From an uncultured Bacilli bacterium (GTDB lineage: Bacteria; Bacillota_I; Bacilli_A; RF39; UBA660): 64,000 nt of DNA. The position numbers and the translations under genes are program-made. This document shows positions 1 to 9,770 of this stretch, one piece after another (the stretch's first letter is position 1; each line of letters opens with the position of its first letter). Location: assembly GCA_934167695.1 (NCBI GenBank), contig CAKPLP010000007.1, positions 658-64,657 on the forward strand, written 5' to 3'. The notes beneath the pieces are model-generated. The model saw only the letters and a list, made by a program, of their open reading frames with translations, was not told the origin of the DNA and made no database searches.

Positions 1-464
1 ATCGTGATATAGATGACATGGAAAAAGATTTAAGCCGATTAGAAAAAGACATAAATAAAAAACTAAATATTATTTCTAATTTGTATAATGATAAAGTTGA
101 GGGAATAATTTCAGTTGATGTGTATAAAAATCTATCAGATAGCCATGAGAAAGATTTAAAACAATTAAAGGTTAAAAAAGAAGAAATAGAAAATAAATTA
201 AAGATATTTTCTGATAAATCAAAAGAAAAAGAATTTACTAAATGTCGTGAAGCAGTAGAAAAATTTATGAAATTAAAAACTCCATCTAGGGATACAATAA
301 AAAATTTGATTAGTAGAATTGTTATATATGATGAAGGCAATGAAAAAGAGGTTAAAGTATTTTTAAGATTTAAAGAACTTACCAATATAGCAAGTAAGTT
401 AGTTTAATATTTAAAAAGTTATCACAATAATATGGGCAACCCTTTATTTTTTTATAACTCTAAA
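1..464 (+). mobile_element. Right-hand end of an integrated element (prophage/ICE/transposon-like); the rest lies left of the window
   Basis: A serine-recombinase C-terminus runs in from the window edge. An orphan 3' fragment of a SEDS gene begins about 60 nt after its stop codon. Housekeeping genes (deoD, add) follow. Confidence 0.5.
3..407 (+). CDS. C-terminal part of a large serine recombinase (DUF4368-like tail); the 5' end is outside the window
   Basis: The frame is open from the window edge (RDIDDMEKDL...). A K/E-rich coiled-coil stretch is followed by TIKNLISRIVIYDEGNEKEVKVFLRFKEL. This is the pattern at the C-terminus of large serine recombinases of Firmicutes mobile elements. Confidence 0.65.
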   Translation, partial: RDIDDMEKDLSRLEKDINKKLNIISNLYNDKVEGIISVDVYKNLSDSHEKDLKQLKVKKEEIENKLKIFSDKSKEKEFTKCREAVEKFMKLKTPSRDTIKNLISRIVIYDEGNEKEVKVFLRFKELTNIASKLV

Positions 465-575
465 ATGGCAAAGGGGGTTACATTGCCATTTCTTTCATAT
501 GGAGGAAGTTCCCTTCTAATATCCATGATTTCAGTTGGAATACTATTAAATATAAGTAGCTATTCAAAAAAATAA
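465..575 (+). pseudogene. Orphan 3' fragment of a SEDS family (FtsW/RodA/SpoVE) gene, last ~34 codons
   Basis: Translation is [36 protein letters not shown]. It carries the invariant SEDS C-terminal motif (compare [30 protein letters not shown] in the intact SEDS gene at 44328-45470). Upstream in-frame codons ([11 protein letters not shown]) are unrelated to SEDS and a stop lies at 411-413. Confidence 0.75.
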
Positions 576-684
576 TTATTATTTTTATCGCAATATTTTA
601 CTTGACAAATTAATAAAAAAAGATAATTATGATATTATAAGTGCGAAATAATAATTAAAGATCACTTATGTATAGGAGGATAAT

Positions 685-1395
685 ATGACACCACATATAA
701 ATGCAAAAAAAGAAGATATTGCTAAAACAGTAATTATGCCGGGGGATCCATTAAGAGCTCAATTAATTGCTGAAAATTATTTAGATAATTATGAAATAGT
801 AAGTAGTGTAAGGGGAATGAATACATACACAGGAACATATAAAGGAAAAAAAATAACAGTTATGCCATCTGGTATGGGAATCCCAAGTATGGGAATATAT
901 TCATATGAACTATTTAAATTTTATGAAGTAGATAAAGTAATAAAAGTAGGTACTTGTGGTTCCTATACTAAAGACTTACAGTTAGGAGATGTAGTATTAG
1001 TAAATGCTAGTTATTCTGAATCTACTTATGCCGAAGTACAAGATAATTCAAAAGAACATCTTATCTATGCCGATCAAGAACTAAATAAAATAATAAAAGA
1101 AACTGCTAAAACTCTTTCTAGAGATGTAACTTTAGCAAATATACATTGTAGTGATGTTTTTTATGAAGAAGATGAAAGTTATAAGGAAAAATTAATAGAA
1201 AGATATAACTGCTTGGCATGTGAAATGGAATCATTTTCACTACTACATAATGCCAAAAAATTTAAAAAACAAGCTACTCAAATCTTAACAGTAACAGATA
1301 ATTTAGTTACAAATGAGAGAGCATCAAGTGAAGAAAGGCAAAATAAAGTAAACAATATGCTTGAAATAGCTTTAGAAAGCGTACTAAAATTATGA
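685..1395 (+). CDS. deoD: Purine nucleoside phosphorylase, DeoD type
   Basis: 236 aa with the N-terminus MTPHINAKKEDIAKTVIMPGDPLRA and ...CEMES..., typical of hexameric DeoD. SD taggagg upstream. Confidence 0.9.
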   Translation: MTPHINAKKEDIAKTVIMPGDPLRAQLIAENYLDNYEIVSSVRGMNTYTGTYKGKKITVMPSGMGIPSMGIYSYELFKFYEVDKVIKVGTCGSYTKDLQLGDVVLVNASYSESTYAEVQDNSKEHLIYADQELNKIIKETAKTLSRDVTLANIHCSDVFYEEDESYKEKLIERYNCLACEMESFSLLHNAKKFKKQATQILTVTDNLVTNERASSEERQNKVNNMLEIALESVLKL

Positions 1396-2372
1396 TTAAT
1401 TTACAAAAAATGCCAAAAGTGGAATTACATTTACACTTAGATGGCTCTGTAAAAGTAGAAACGGCGGCAAAAATTTTAAATAAAGATATAAATTATATAA
1501 AAAATGAAATGATCGCTAAAGATAAATGCCAAGATTTAAATGAATACTTAACAAAATTCGAACTTTCCAGTGAAATTTTGCAAACCAAGGAGAACTTACA
1601 AATAGTATCACACCAATTAGTAAATGATTTAAAGTCAGATGGAGTAATATATGCTGAAATAAGATTTGCACCTATGAAACATATAAAAAAAGGTTTAACT
1701 AAAGAAGAAGTAATAGAAAGCGTATTAAAAGGACTAGATCAAGAAGAAGTTAAAACTAATTTAATACTATGTATGATGAGAGATGCATCATATGAAGAAA
1801 ATAAGCAAGTTATAGATTTAGCAGAAGAATATTTAAATAAAGGAGTTTGTGCTATAGATCTCGCAGGTGCAGAAGCTTTATATAAAACAGAAAAATTCCA
1901 AAAGTTATTTATCTATGCAAGTAGTAAAAATATTCCATTCACAATTCATGCAGGAGAAGCAGATGGCAAAGATAGCATCAAAAAAGCCATAGAATTTGGA
2001 GCATTAAGATTAGGTCATGGTATACGTATAACAGAAGATGAAAAATTAATAGAGCAAGTAAAAGAAAAAAATATACACTTAGAAATATGTCCAACAAGTA
2101 ACGTCCAAACTAATGTAATAGATTTATACTCTAATCATCCAATAAAAAAATTCTTAAAAGAAAATATTTCTCTATCAATAAATACTGATAATAGAACCGT
2201 ATCCAATATAACTCTAACAAAAGAATACGAAAAATTAGTAAAACACCTTAATTTTACAGAAGAAGATTTAATAAAAACCAATATCATGGCAATTAACCAT
2301 AGTTTTTTATCAAAAGATGAAAAAGAAAATCTTCTGGAGAAATACAACAAAATATTAAATAAATTGACATAG
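1392..2372 (+). CDS. add: Adenosine deaminase
   Basis: PKVELHLHLDGS, HAGE and SINTDN motifs. 4-nt overlap with deoD suggests an operon. Confidence 0.9.
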   Translation: MINLQKMPKVELHLHLDGSVKVETAAKILNKDINYIKNEMIAKDKCQDLNEYLTKFELSSEILQTKENLQIVSHQLVNDLKSDGVIYAEIRFAPMKHIKKGLTKEEVIESVLKGLDQEEVKTNLILCMMRDASYEENKQVIDLAEEYLNKGVCAIDLAGAEALYKTEKFQKLFIYASSKNIPFTIHAGEADGKDSIKKAIEFGALRLGHGIRITEDEKLIEQVKEKNIHLEICPTSNVQTNVIDLYSNHPIKKFLKENISLSINTDNRTVSNITLTKEYEKLVKHLNFTEEDLIKTNIMAINHSFLSKDEKENLLEKYNKILNKLT

Positions 2373-2425
2373 GTATAATTTAATGATAGTATTATGTAAA
2401 ATTTTATTTGGAGTTTGGAGTAGTT

Positions 2426-4162
2426 ATGAAGAAGTTTAATACATTTAAAATTTTATTTTACTATTTAAAAGATGAAAAGTTAAAACTAATAATTTATGTG
2501 TTATTAGTTTTATTAACTTATATACCAAGTATTTTAACAGCCTATTTCTGGGGACTTACATTAGAATTTCTAATTAATAAAAATTTATCAAATTTTATAT
2601 TATATTTAGTAATATTAGAAGGAATTAATATTATTTTCTATACATTGTTACAATTACCAAGAGATTATTTATATAATTATTTAGAAATAAAATTTACAAA
2701 GAATGTTTCAAAAGATTTATATAAAAAAATTAACTGTTTACCAGCTGTAGCATTTGAAGAAATAGGAACAGGTGAATTTATTAATAGAATTTATACTGAT
2801 CCAGATAGAATAATGCAGTTATTAGCTCATCTTATAAAACTAATTTGTAAATCATTAGTAGTAATTGCTGTAGTTTTTGTATCATTTAAGATAAGCCTAT
2901 TATTAGGATTAGAAATAATTTTATTTGGAGCCATCATGGGATTAATCTCTTATAAGTTCTTTCCAAAAATCAAAAATACTCAAGAAAATATAAAGAAACA
3001 AGCTGATGAATATGTAAAAAATGCAACGGAAAATATAACAGGAATTAGAGAAATAAAATCTTTAGGAATAAAAGAAAATACCGAAAAAAATATTTTTACA
3101 ACCCTTGATTGTTTATTTAGTAATAATAGTAAAATAAAAAAATACGAAGTAATTTATTATAGTTTAAATAATTTAACTTATTTTATATTACAATTTATCA
3201 TATTATTAACCGCCGGTTATTATACAATACATGGTAAAATTGCTTATAGTCTGTTCGTTGTACTTGAAACATATACATGGAAAATAGATGACGTAGTAGA
3301 ATCTATTTCGGATTTTGGAATAAGTTATAATAAAATTACAGTTTCACTAAAAAGAATAAATGAAATAATTAATAATGAATTATATTTGGATGAAAAATTT
3401 GGCAATATGAAACTTGATAATACTATTGGAAATATTGAATTTAAGAATGTCAAATTCAAATACAAAGAAGATGAAGATTATACTTTAAAGGGCCTTAATT
3501 TAAAAATAGCACCTCATAAAAAAGTGGCTATAGTAGGAAGAAGTGGTAATGGTAAGACAACACTATTTAACTTACTACTTAGATACTTTGATGCATCTGA
3601 TGGAAAAATCACTATAGATGGAGTAGATATAAGAGATTTAACAGAAAAATCATTAAGAAATAACATTTCAGTTATTAGACAAAATCCATTTATATTTAAT
3701 CTAACAATTCTAGATAATTTTAAATTAGTAAAAGAAGATGTAACCCTAGAAGAAGTCAGAAAATATTGTAAAAAAGCCTATATCGATGATTATATTATGA
3801 GCTTACCCAATAAATATAATACAGTTATTGGAGAAGGTGGAATTAATTTAAGTGGTGGACAAAAACAAAGATTGGCAATCGCTAGAACTTTACTACTTAA
3901 TACTAAAATAATCCTATTTGATGAAGCAACAAGCGCCCTAGACAACGAAAGTCAAGAATATATAAAGAAAACAATAGACAATTTAGTAAAAGATCATACT
4001 ATTATAATAATAGCTCATAGATTGAGTACTATAATTGATGCAGATATTATTAACGTAATAGATAAGGGAAAATTATCAGCATCAGGTACGCATAAAGAAT
4101 TATTAGAGAAATCATCAGTATATAAAGATTTATATTCAAGTGAAAATAGAACGATAGAATAG
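2426..4162 (+). CDS. ABC exporter, fused permease/ATPase (MsbA/MdlB type)
   Basis: Six-TM N-terminal half. Walker A GRSGNGKTT, signature LSGGQKQR, Walker B ILFDEATSALD. ATG at 2426 is preferred over TTG at 2408 because GGAG lies 8 nt upstream. Confidence 0.85.
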   Translation: MKKFNTFKILFYYLKDEKLKLIIYVLLVLLTYIPSILTAYFWGLTLEFLINKNLSNFILYLVILEGINIIFYTLLQLPRDYLYNYLEIKFTKNVSKDLYKKINCLPAVAFEEIGTGEFINRIYTDPDRIMQLLAHLIKLICKSLVVIAVVFVSFKISLLLGLEIILFGAIMGLISYKFFPKIKNTQENIKKQADEYVKNATENITGIREIKSLGIKENTEKNIFTTLDCLFSNNSKIKKYEVIYYSLNNLTYFILQFIILLTAGYYTIHGKIAYSLFVVLETYTWKIDDVVESISDFGISYNKITVSLKRINEIINNELYLDEKFGNMKLDNTIGNIEFKNVKFKYKEDEDYTLKGLNLKIAPHKKVAIVGRSGNGKTTLFNLLLRYFDASDGKITIDGVDIRDLTEKSLRNNISVIRQNPFIFNLTILDNFKLVKEDVTLEEVRKYCKKAYIDDYIMSLPNKYNTVIGEGGINLSGGQKQRLAIARTLLLNTKIILFDEATSALDNESQEYIKKTIDNLVKDHTIIIIAHRLSTIIDADIINVIDKGKLSASGTHKELLEKSSVYKDLYSSENRTIE

Positions 4163-4235
4163 AATTAATAAAAAAATAAAAAATCTACTAGCAAAAATCT
4201 AAAAATATGTTAGAATAGTAAGCTAGGTGGTTTAA

Positions 4236-5021
4236 ATGACAGAAAAAGAATGGAATGATAAACAAAAAAAATTATTTAAATTATATTTTTCAAAGAAAAA
4301 TACAAAAAGAAATGGCACAAATATAAAAAATGTAATTTCTAGTATAGAACCATGGCATCTAAAATGGGATAAATTTCAAGAAATACTAAAAAAATATTCT
4401 ACAGAATTTAGAAGTTTTTCTATTATCGAGGATAGTAGATTAATTAATTATAAACATAAAAATTATCTTATAATAAAGATTATGTCATTAACATATTTAT
4501 GTATAGATTTAGAAGATGAAAAAATAATTACATTTGGAGAAAATTTAGATCCTTTTAACCAAAACTTTTTTATAGATAATTTTAATGAAAAAGAGATTGA
4601 TAATCCAGAACAGTATTACTTTTCAATCGATTTTGAATCATCAGGTATTAATGAATTAATGAATTTTATTTTAGAAAATAAAGTATTATTTTATACTGAA
4701 ACATATTTTAAGTATTTATTAAGAGATAATGATGAATATATAACATATCTAAATTTTGATATTCAAAATGGAAATATAACACTATACTTTGGGGATGAAT
4801 ATAGTTACCATAATTCAAATTATATATACATAGATAATGACTTAAACACTATAAAAATAGAAGAAAAAAGTAGTAAAGATTACCTAAAGAAAATATGTTC
4901 TAAAATAAAACTAATAAAAATACCTTTCAACATAATACCAGCATTCTTAATACCAAATATTACTAGTAAAAATAATGCAAACATCATTGATATAAAAAAA
5001 TTAATTAAAATTAATACATAA
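4236..5021 (+). CDS. Hypothetical protein (no recognisable motif)
   Basis: 261-aa ORF with SD aggtgg and a terminator downstream. N/K/E/Y/F-rich. Confidence 0.5.
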   Translation: MTEKEWNDKQKKLFKLYFSKKNTKRNGTNIKNVISSIEPWHLKWDKFQEILKKYSTEFRSFSIIEDSRLINYKHKNYLIIKIMSLTYLCIDLEDEKIITFGENLDPFNQNFFIDNFNEKEIDNPEQYYFSIDFESSGINELMNFILENKVLFYTETYFKYLLRDNDEYITYLNFDIQNGNITLYFGDEYSYHNSNYIYIDNDLNTIKIEEKSSKDYLKKICSKIKLIKIPFNIIPAFLIPNITSKNNANIIDIKKLIKINT

Positions 5022-5026
5022 AATTT

Positions 5027-5057
5027 AATACAAATTGAAAGATTTGTATTTTTTTTA
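5027..5057 (+). terminator. Rho-independent terminator
   Basis: AATACAAAT-tgaaag-ATTTGTATT followed by a T run. Confidence 0.6.
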
Positions 5058-5131
5058 TATACTTTTAAAAATTACGTGTTATACTACTTAATATAAAAAT
5101 TAATAAAATGTATATTAAAAAAGGAGAAATT

Positions 5132-5656
5132 ATGAATATTACAGAATATTACAACGAAATAGAAAAAATAATTGATAAAGATTGTAAAAGAATAATGGAT
5201 GAAATTTTAAGTTTATATAATAAAAGAGTAGAGGTAAACAAAAACTTTACCGCTCTTATTAAAGAAAGAATTGATCCAAAGTACTTATATCTTCTAGAAA
5301 CATATTATAATAAAATAATAAAACTAATTCCAGAAGATTTATATATATGTCCAAATGGTAAATGGGTATTAGTAACAGAAAAAGAATTTAATGAAATAGT
5401 ATTTACTAATAAGTATACACTTTTAAGTACTAAAGAAAAAAATTTAACAGAAATAATTAATAAAATAACAGAAGAGTTTATAAATAATAATAATATAGAC
5501 TTTTTTGAAACTATTAATAAATATGTTAGTCAAATCAATGAAACAGAAAATTTATTAGATAATAATAAATATATAATGAATCAAATATATTATAATTTAG
5601 AAAAAAAAGGCTATACTGTTATAAGTATAAGCCCTCTAATAATTAAAGCAAAATAA
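5132..5656 (+). CDS. Hypothetical protein
   Basis: ORF with SD aaggag 7 nt before the ATG at 5132. No recognisable motif. Confidence 0.5.
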   Translation: MNITEYYNEIEKIIDKDCKRIMDEILSLYNKRVEVNKNFTALIKERIDPKYLYLLETYYNKIIKLIPEDLYICPNGKWVLVTEKEFNEIVFTNKYTLLSTKEKNLTEIINKITEEFINNNNIDFFETINKYVSQINETENLLDNNKYIMNQIYYNLEKKGYTVISISPLIIKAK

Positions 5657-5920
5657 TTATTGTTTAATATACATGTCAACTCTGTTTGGCAATTTTTTTG
5701 CTTTTAAAGCAGTTTTTTCTTCAAATAGTTGTTTAGTTTCAATACCAAATGATCTTGCAATAGTATCAATATTTTTACAAGTAAGATTGGCATCACCAGT
5801 TTCTATAATACTAATATAAGCCATCTTAAACTTAGTTTTTTCAGCATATTGCTCTTGAGTTAAACCTCTTTGATATCTATGCCATTTTGTATTTAGACCA
5901 ACTAATTTCATTGCGTCCAT
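5657..5920 (-). CDS. XRE-family helix-turn-helix transcriptional regulator
   Basis: 87 aa. LRxxRGLTQEQYAEKTKFKMAYISIIETGDANLTCKNIDTIARSF is a classic Cro/CI HTH. SD GGAGGTG. Confidence 0.8.
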   Translation of the reverse strand: MDAMKLVGLNTKWHRYQRGLTQEQYAEKTKFKMAYISIIETGDANLTCKNIDTIARSFGIETKQLFEEKTALKAKKLPNRVDMYIKQ

Positions 5921-6192
5921 TATTTACTTCACCTCCAAGCTTTAAATAAAACTTGTTAAATTAAAACTTATCCATAAAGCATTATAAAATCATTAATAAG
6001 TAAAATTAATACCAATAAAACTTATTAAGATATAAATTAATAAATACAATAAGTTAAAATTAACAAAGAATATTTTAAAATATTTAAAGGCAATTTATAT
6101 TTTAGATAAACCAATAAAAAACAAAATTATAAAATATTGACATCAATTATTATGTAAAATATATGATATAATATCAAATAGGAAGTGATATT

Positions 6193-7425
6193 ATGTCTAA
6201 AACAATTATAATAGGAGCAGGAGCATCAGGATTAATTGCCGCTATAATAGCAAAAAGAAATAATGAGGACGTATTACTACTAGAAAGAAATACAACATGT
6301 GGCAAAAAACTTTTAATAACGGGTAATGGACGTTGTAATTATTTTAATGATGATCAAGATTTAAGACACTATCACAGTAGTAATAAAGAAGTACTAAAAG
6401 AAATTATAACTTCAAATAACTTAAATAAAGTATTAGAATTTTTTAATAGTATAGGTATTATTCCACAAATAAAAAATGGTTACTATTATCCTTATTCTAA
6501 TCAAGCTGTAAGTATCCAAAATAGTCTCTTATCAGAAATAAAATCTTTAAATATTAAAGTAGAAACAAATACTTATGTAAAAAGTGTTGAGCATAAAAAT
6601 AATAAATTCTTAATAAAAACAGATGATAAAGAAATAATAGCAAATAAATTAATTATTGCAACAGGTTCAAAATCAGCACCTAAAACTGGTTCAGATGGAA
6701 ACGGTTATGATTTAGCAAAAAAATTAGGCCATTCAATTATCAAACCTCTACCAGCTTTAGTGCAATTAAATATAAATGAACCATTTCTAAAAGAATGGTC
6801 CGGAATAAGAGCAAATGTATCCATAAAACTAATAGAAGATGACAAATATATAAAACAAGAACAAGGTGAAATTTTATTAACCAATTATGGAATTAGTGGA
6901 ATCTGTGTAATGCAATTAAGTTCCAAAATATCTCGAGGACTTTATGAAGGAAAAACAGAAGAAGTTATAATTAATTTTTTAGATGGTTTAATATCAACCA
7001 GACAAGAATTTATTGCATTTATGAATGAAAGAGATAAAAAATTACCAAATAGAAATATAACTCAATTATTAGATAGTATTCTAAATTATAAATTAATAAA
7101 CGTACTTGTAAAAAAATCAAATCTCCAAACATCAAAAAAATGGTCACAATTATCATCAAAAGAAAAGTCAGTAATGGCTAGTAATTTTATTGAATTAAGA
7201 TTAAAAATTACTAGTACAAACTCCTTTGAAAAAGCTCAAGTAACAAGTGGAGGAGTACCACTAAATGAAATAAATCCACTCACATTAGAGTCAACTATAG
7301 TTAAAAACTTATATTTTGCAGGAGAAATATTAGATGTTGATGGTGATTGCGGTGGTTATAATTTAACATTCGCGTGGATAAGTGGAATTTTAACAGGGTC
7401 AAGCAGAGGTAATAAAAATGATTAG
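6193..7425 (+). CDS. FAD-dependent flavoprotein, HI0933/BaiN-like family
   Basis: N-terminal IIIGAGASGLIAA dinucleotide fold, GNGRCN motif, and C-terminal GEILDVDGDCGGYNL typical of this family. Confidence 0.8.
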   Translation: MSKTIIIGAGASGLIAAIIAKRNNEDVLLLERNTTCGKKLLITGNGRCNYFNDDQDLRHYHSSNKEVLKEIITSNNLNKVLEFFNSIGIIPQIKNGYYYPYSNQAVSIQNSLLSEIKSLNIKVETNTYVKSVEHKNNKFLIKTDDKEIIANKLIIATGSKSAPKTGSDGNGYDLAKKLGHSIIKPLPALVQLNINEPFLKEWSGIRANVSIKLIEDDKYIKQEQGEILLTNYGISGICVMQLSSKISRGLYEGKTEEVIINFLDGLISTRQEFIAFMNERDKKLPNRNITQLLDSILNYKLINVLVKKSNLQTSKKWSQLSSKEKSVMASNFIELRLKITSTNSFEKAQVTSGGVPLNEINPLTLESTIVKNLYFAGEILDVDGDCGGYNLTFAWISGILTGSSRGNKND

Positions 7426-9007
7426 ACTAAGACAAATAAAAATAGCATTAAAAGATAACAAAGAAGAAATAATTCTAAAAAAATGTGCTTCCAAACTTCA
7501 TATAAAAAGTAATAGTATAAAAAAATTAAATATAAATAAATTATCACTTGATTGTCGAAAAAAACCTAATATTTATTATATTTATGAAGTGGATATAGAA
7601 GTAGAAAATGAAGATGTTATCTTAAATAATAAAGAAAATAGTGATATATTTAAAACTCCAGTAGAAAAATACAACTTTGAAATTTCTGGAACAGAAAAAA
7701 TAAAAAACAGACCTATTATCGTAGGAAGTGGTCCAGCAGGATTATTTTGTTCATATATTTTATTAGAAAATGGTTATAAGCCAATTATTATTGAAAGGGG
7801 AGAACAAATAGAAAAAAGAATTGAAACGGTAGAAAAATTTTGGAATAAAGGTATATTAAATAAAAATTCTAATGTTCAGTTTGGAGAAGGTGGAGCAGGA
7901 ACTTTCTCCGATGGAAAATTAAATACACTAGTAAAAGATCGTTACTATCGTCAAAAAAAAGTTTTTCAGACCTTTGTTGAATCTGGAGCACCCAAAGAGA
8001 TCTTATATTTAAATAAACCACATATCGGAACAGACCTGTTAAGAAATGTAATAATTAATTTAAGAAAAAAAATAATTTCTATGGGTGGAGAATTTAGATA
8101 TAATTCCACCTTAACAAATATTATAATAGAAAATAAAAAGATAAAGAAAATAGAAATAAATAATAATGAATACATAAATACAGATATTTTAGTTTTAGCA
8201 ATCGGTCATAGTGCCAGAGATACATTTGAAATGCTTTATAAAAATAATTTGACAATGTTACCTAAACCTTTTGCAATAGGAATTAGAATTCAACATCCAC
8301 AGACAATGATTAATAAAAGTCAATACGGTATAGAAAATAGTGAATTTTTACCACCAGCAAGTTATAAATTGACATATACCACTAAAGAAAAAAGAGGTGT
8401 ATATACCTTTTGTATGTGTCCCGGAGGTTTTGTTGTAAATTCATCATCAGAAGCTGAAAAGTTAGCAATAAATGGGATGAGTAATCACAATCGTGATAGT
8501 CTTAATGCCAATTCTGCAGTAATTGTAACTGTAACACCAAATGATTTTGGAACTAATCCATTAGATGGTTTAAAATTTCAAAGAGATCTAGAAAGTAAAG
8601 CATTTAAGTTAGGAAATGGCAAAATACCAATTCAGTTATATAAAGATTTTAAAAATAATGTAATAACAAATAAATTAGGAGAAGTAAATTCAATCATGAA
8701 GGGAGATTATACTTTTACTAATATAAGAAAAATACTACCAGACTACGTCAGTAAGTCTTTAATCGAGGCAATAGAACATTTTAATACAAAGATTCCTTCT
8801 TTTGCAAGGGATGATGCTATTTTAGCAGCAATAGAAAGTAGAACATCATCTCCAATTAAAATAGAGCGTAATGAATATGGTATAAGCTCTATTGAAGGAA
8901 TATATCCATGTGGTGAGGGAGCAGGTTACGCAGGAGGAATCACATCAGCAGCAATCGATGGAATAAAAACTGCAGAGAATATAGCAAAAAAATATACAAA
9001 TACCTAA
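7418..9007 (+). CDS. FAD-dependent oxidoreductase (COG2509-like)
   Basis: IIVGSGPAGLF Rossmann motif after a ~95-aa N-terminal domain. C-terminal GIYPCGEGAGYAGGI motif. Overlaps the previous gene by 8 nt. Confidence 0.75.
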   Translation: MIRLRQIKIALKDNKEEIILKKCASKLHIKSNSIKKLNINKLSLDCRKKPNIYYIYEVDIEVENEDVILNNKENSDIFKTPVEKYNFEISGTEKIKNRPIIVGSGPAGLFCSYILLENGYKPIIIERGEQIEKRIETVEKFWNKGILNKNSNVQFGEGGAGTFSDGKLNTLVKDRYYRQKKVFQTFVESGAPKEILYLNKPHIGTDLLRNVIINLRKKIISMGGEFRYNSTLTNIIIENKKIKKIEINNNEYINTDILVLAIGHSARDTFEMLYKNNLTMLPKPFAIGIRIQHPQTMINKSQYGIENSEFLPPASYKLTYTTKEKRGVYTFCMCPGGFVVNSSSEAEKLAINGMSNHNRDSLNANSAVIVTVTPNDFGTNPLDGLKFQRDLESKAFKLGNGKIPIQLYKDFKNNVITNKLGEVNSIMKGDYTFTNIRKILPDYVSKSLIEAIEHFNTKIPSFARDDAILAAIESRTSSPIKIERNEYGISSIEGIYPCGEGAGYAGGITSAAIDGIKTAENIAKKYTNT

Positions 9008-9032
9008 AGAATTCTTCTTGGAATTCTTTTTT
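9006..9032 (+). terminator. Rho-independent terminator
   Basis: AAAGAATTC-ttcttg-GAATTCTTT plus a T run. Confidence 0.6.
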
Positions 9033-9096
9033 ATTGGTATTAAACATAAAAAAATGTAAAGCATATTATATATTAGTAATAAATTTTAAAAAAACA

Positions 9097-9150
9097 TTGA
9101 CAGTTGAATACTTGCTCAACTATACTATTGTTAGTTGAATAATCATTCAA
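9097..9150 (+). promoter_or_regulatory. Promoter with two palindromic operators for the ArsR-type repressor
   Basis: TTGACA (9097-9102), 18 nt, TATACT (9121-9126). Palindrome GTTGA-n8-TCAAC (9103-9120) sits between the -35 and -10 elements. Perfect TTGAAT-aatc-ATTCAA (9135-9150) lies just downstream. Confidence 0.55.
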
Positions 9151-9165
9151 TTAATAGGAGGAATA

Positions 9166-9534
9166 ATGTCAAATATAGATTTTGTATGTGACTGTAATAT
9201 AATACATAAAGATGTGGTAGAAAAAACCATAAAAAAAATGCCTGATCAAAAAACTTTTGAAGAAATAGCAACTTTCTTTAAAATAATCGGTGATCAAACA
9301 AGAGCAAAAATTCTTTTTGCATTAGATTCTAATGAAATGTGTGTATGTGATATTGCTAATGTTCTAGGAATGAGTAAATCATCAATATCACATCAATTAT
9401 CCATTTTAAGAAAAAATGAAATTGTTAAATATAGAAAATCTGGAAAAGAAGTATATTATACTCTAGCAGATCATCATGTAAATGAAGTATTTGAAATAGG
9501 TATGGAACATATAGAACATAAAAAAGGAGAATAA
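9166..9534 (+). CDS. ArsR/SmtB-family metalloregulator (CadC-like)
   Basis: CVCD metal-site motif and the HTH SKSSISHQLSILR. First gene of the metal operon. Confidence 0.85.
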   Translation: MSNIDFVCDCNIIHKDVVEKTIKKMPDQKTFEEIATFFKIIGDQTRAKILFALDSNEMCVCDIANVLGMSKSSISHQLSILRKNEIVKYRKSGKEVYYTLADHHVNEVFEIGMEHIEHKKGE

Positions 9535-9535
9535 A

Positions 9536-9760
9536 ATGAAAAAATATATTTATAAAATTGAAGGCCTAGACTGTGCAGCCTGTGCCTTAGAATTAGAAGA
9601 GAAAATTAGTAAATTAAACGGAGTTGAAAATGTTTCAATTTCATTCTTTAGTGAAAAATTAATTTTTGAAATTGATCCTTCAAAAGAAAGTGATCTACTA
9701 CCAAAAATAAAAAAAACTATCAAAAAATCTGAACCAGATGCAACAATAAAGGAATTATAG
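9536..9760 (+). CDS. Stand-alone heavy-metal-associated (HMA) domain protein
   Basis: 74 aa with GLDCAACA (the CxxC of the HMA fold). Confidence 0.8.
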   Translation: MKKYIYKIEGLDCAACALELEEKISKLNGVENVSISFFSEKLIFEIDPSKESDLLPKIKKTIKKSEPDATIKEL

Positions 9761-9770
9761 GGGTATAATT

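Noticed and set aside
2135-2350. 71-aa minus-strand ORF inside add, and similar short antisense ORFs inside other genes (7966-8175, 16061-16342, 29798-30043, 30695-30970, 33747-34277, 37218-37496, 42245-42958, 43930-44172, 46012-46200, 47929-48267, 49462-49854, 53642-53917, 55175-56355, 57805-57987, 58740-59045, 61818-62021)
   Set aside because: All are embedded antisense or out of frame in longer ORFs with recognisable motifs or proper translation signals. None has its own SD.
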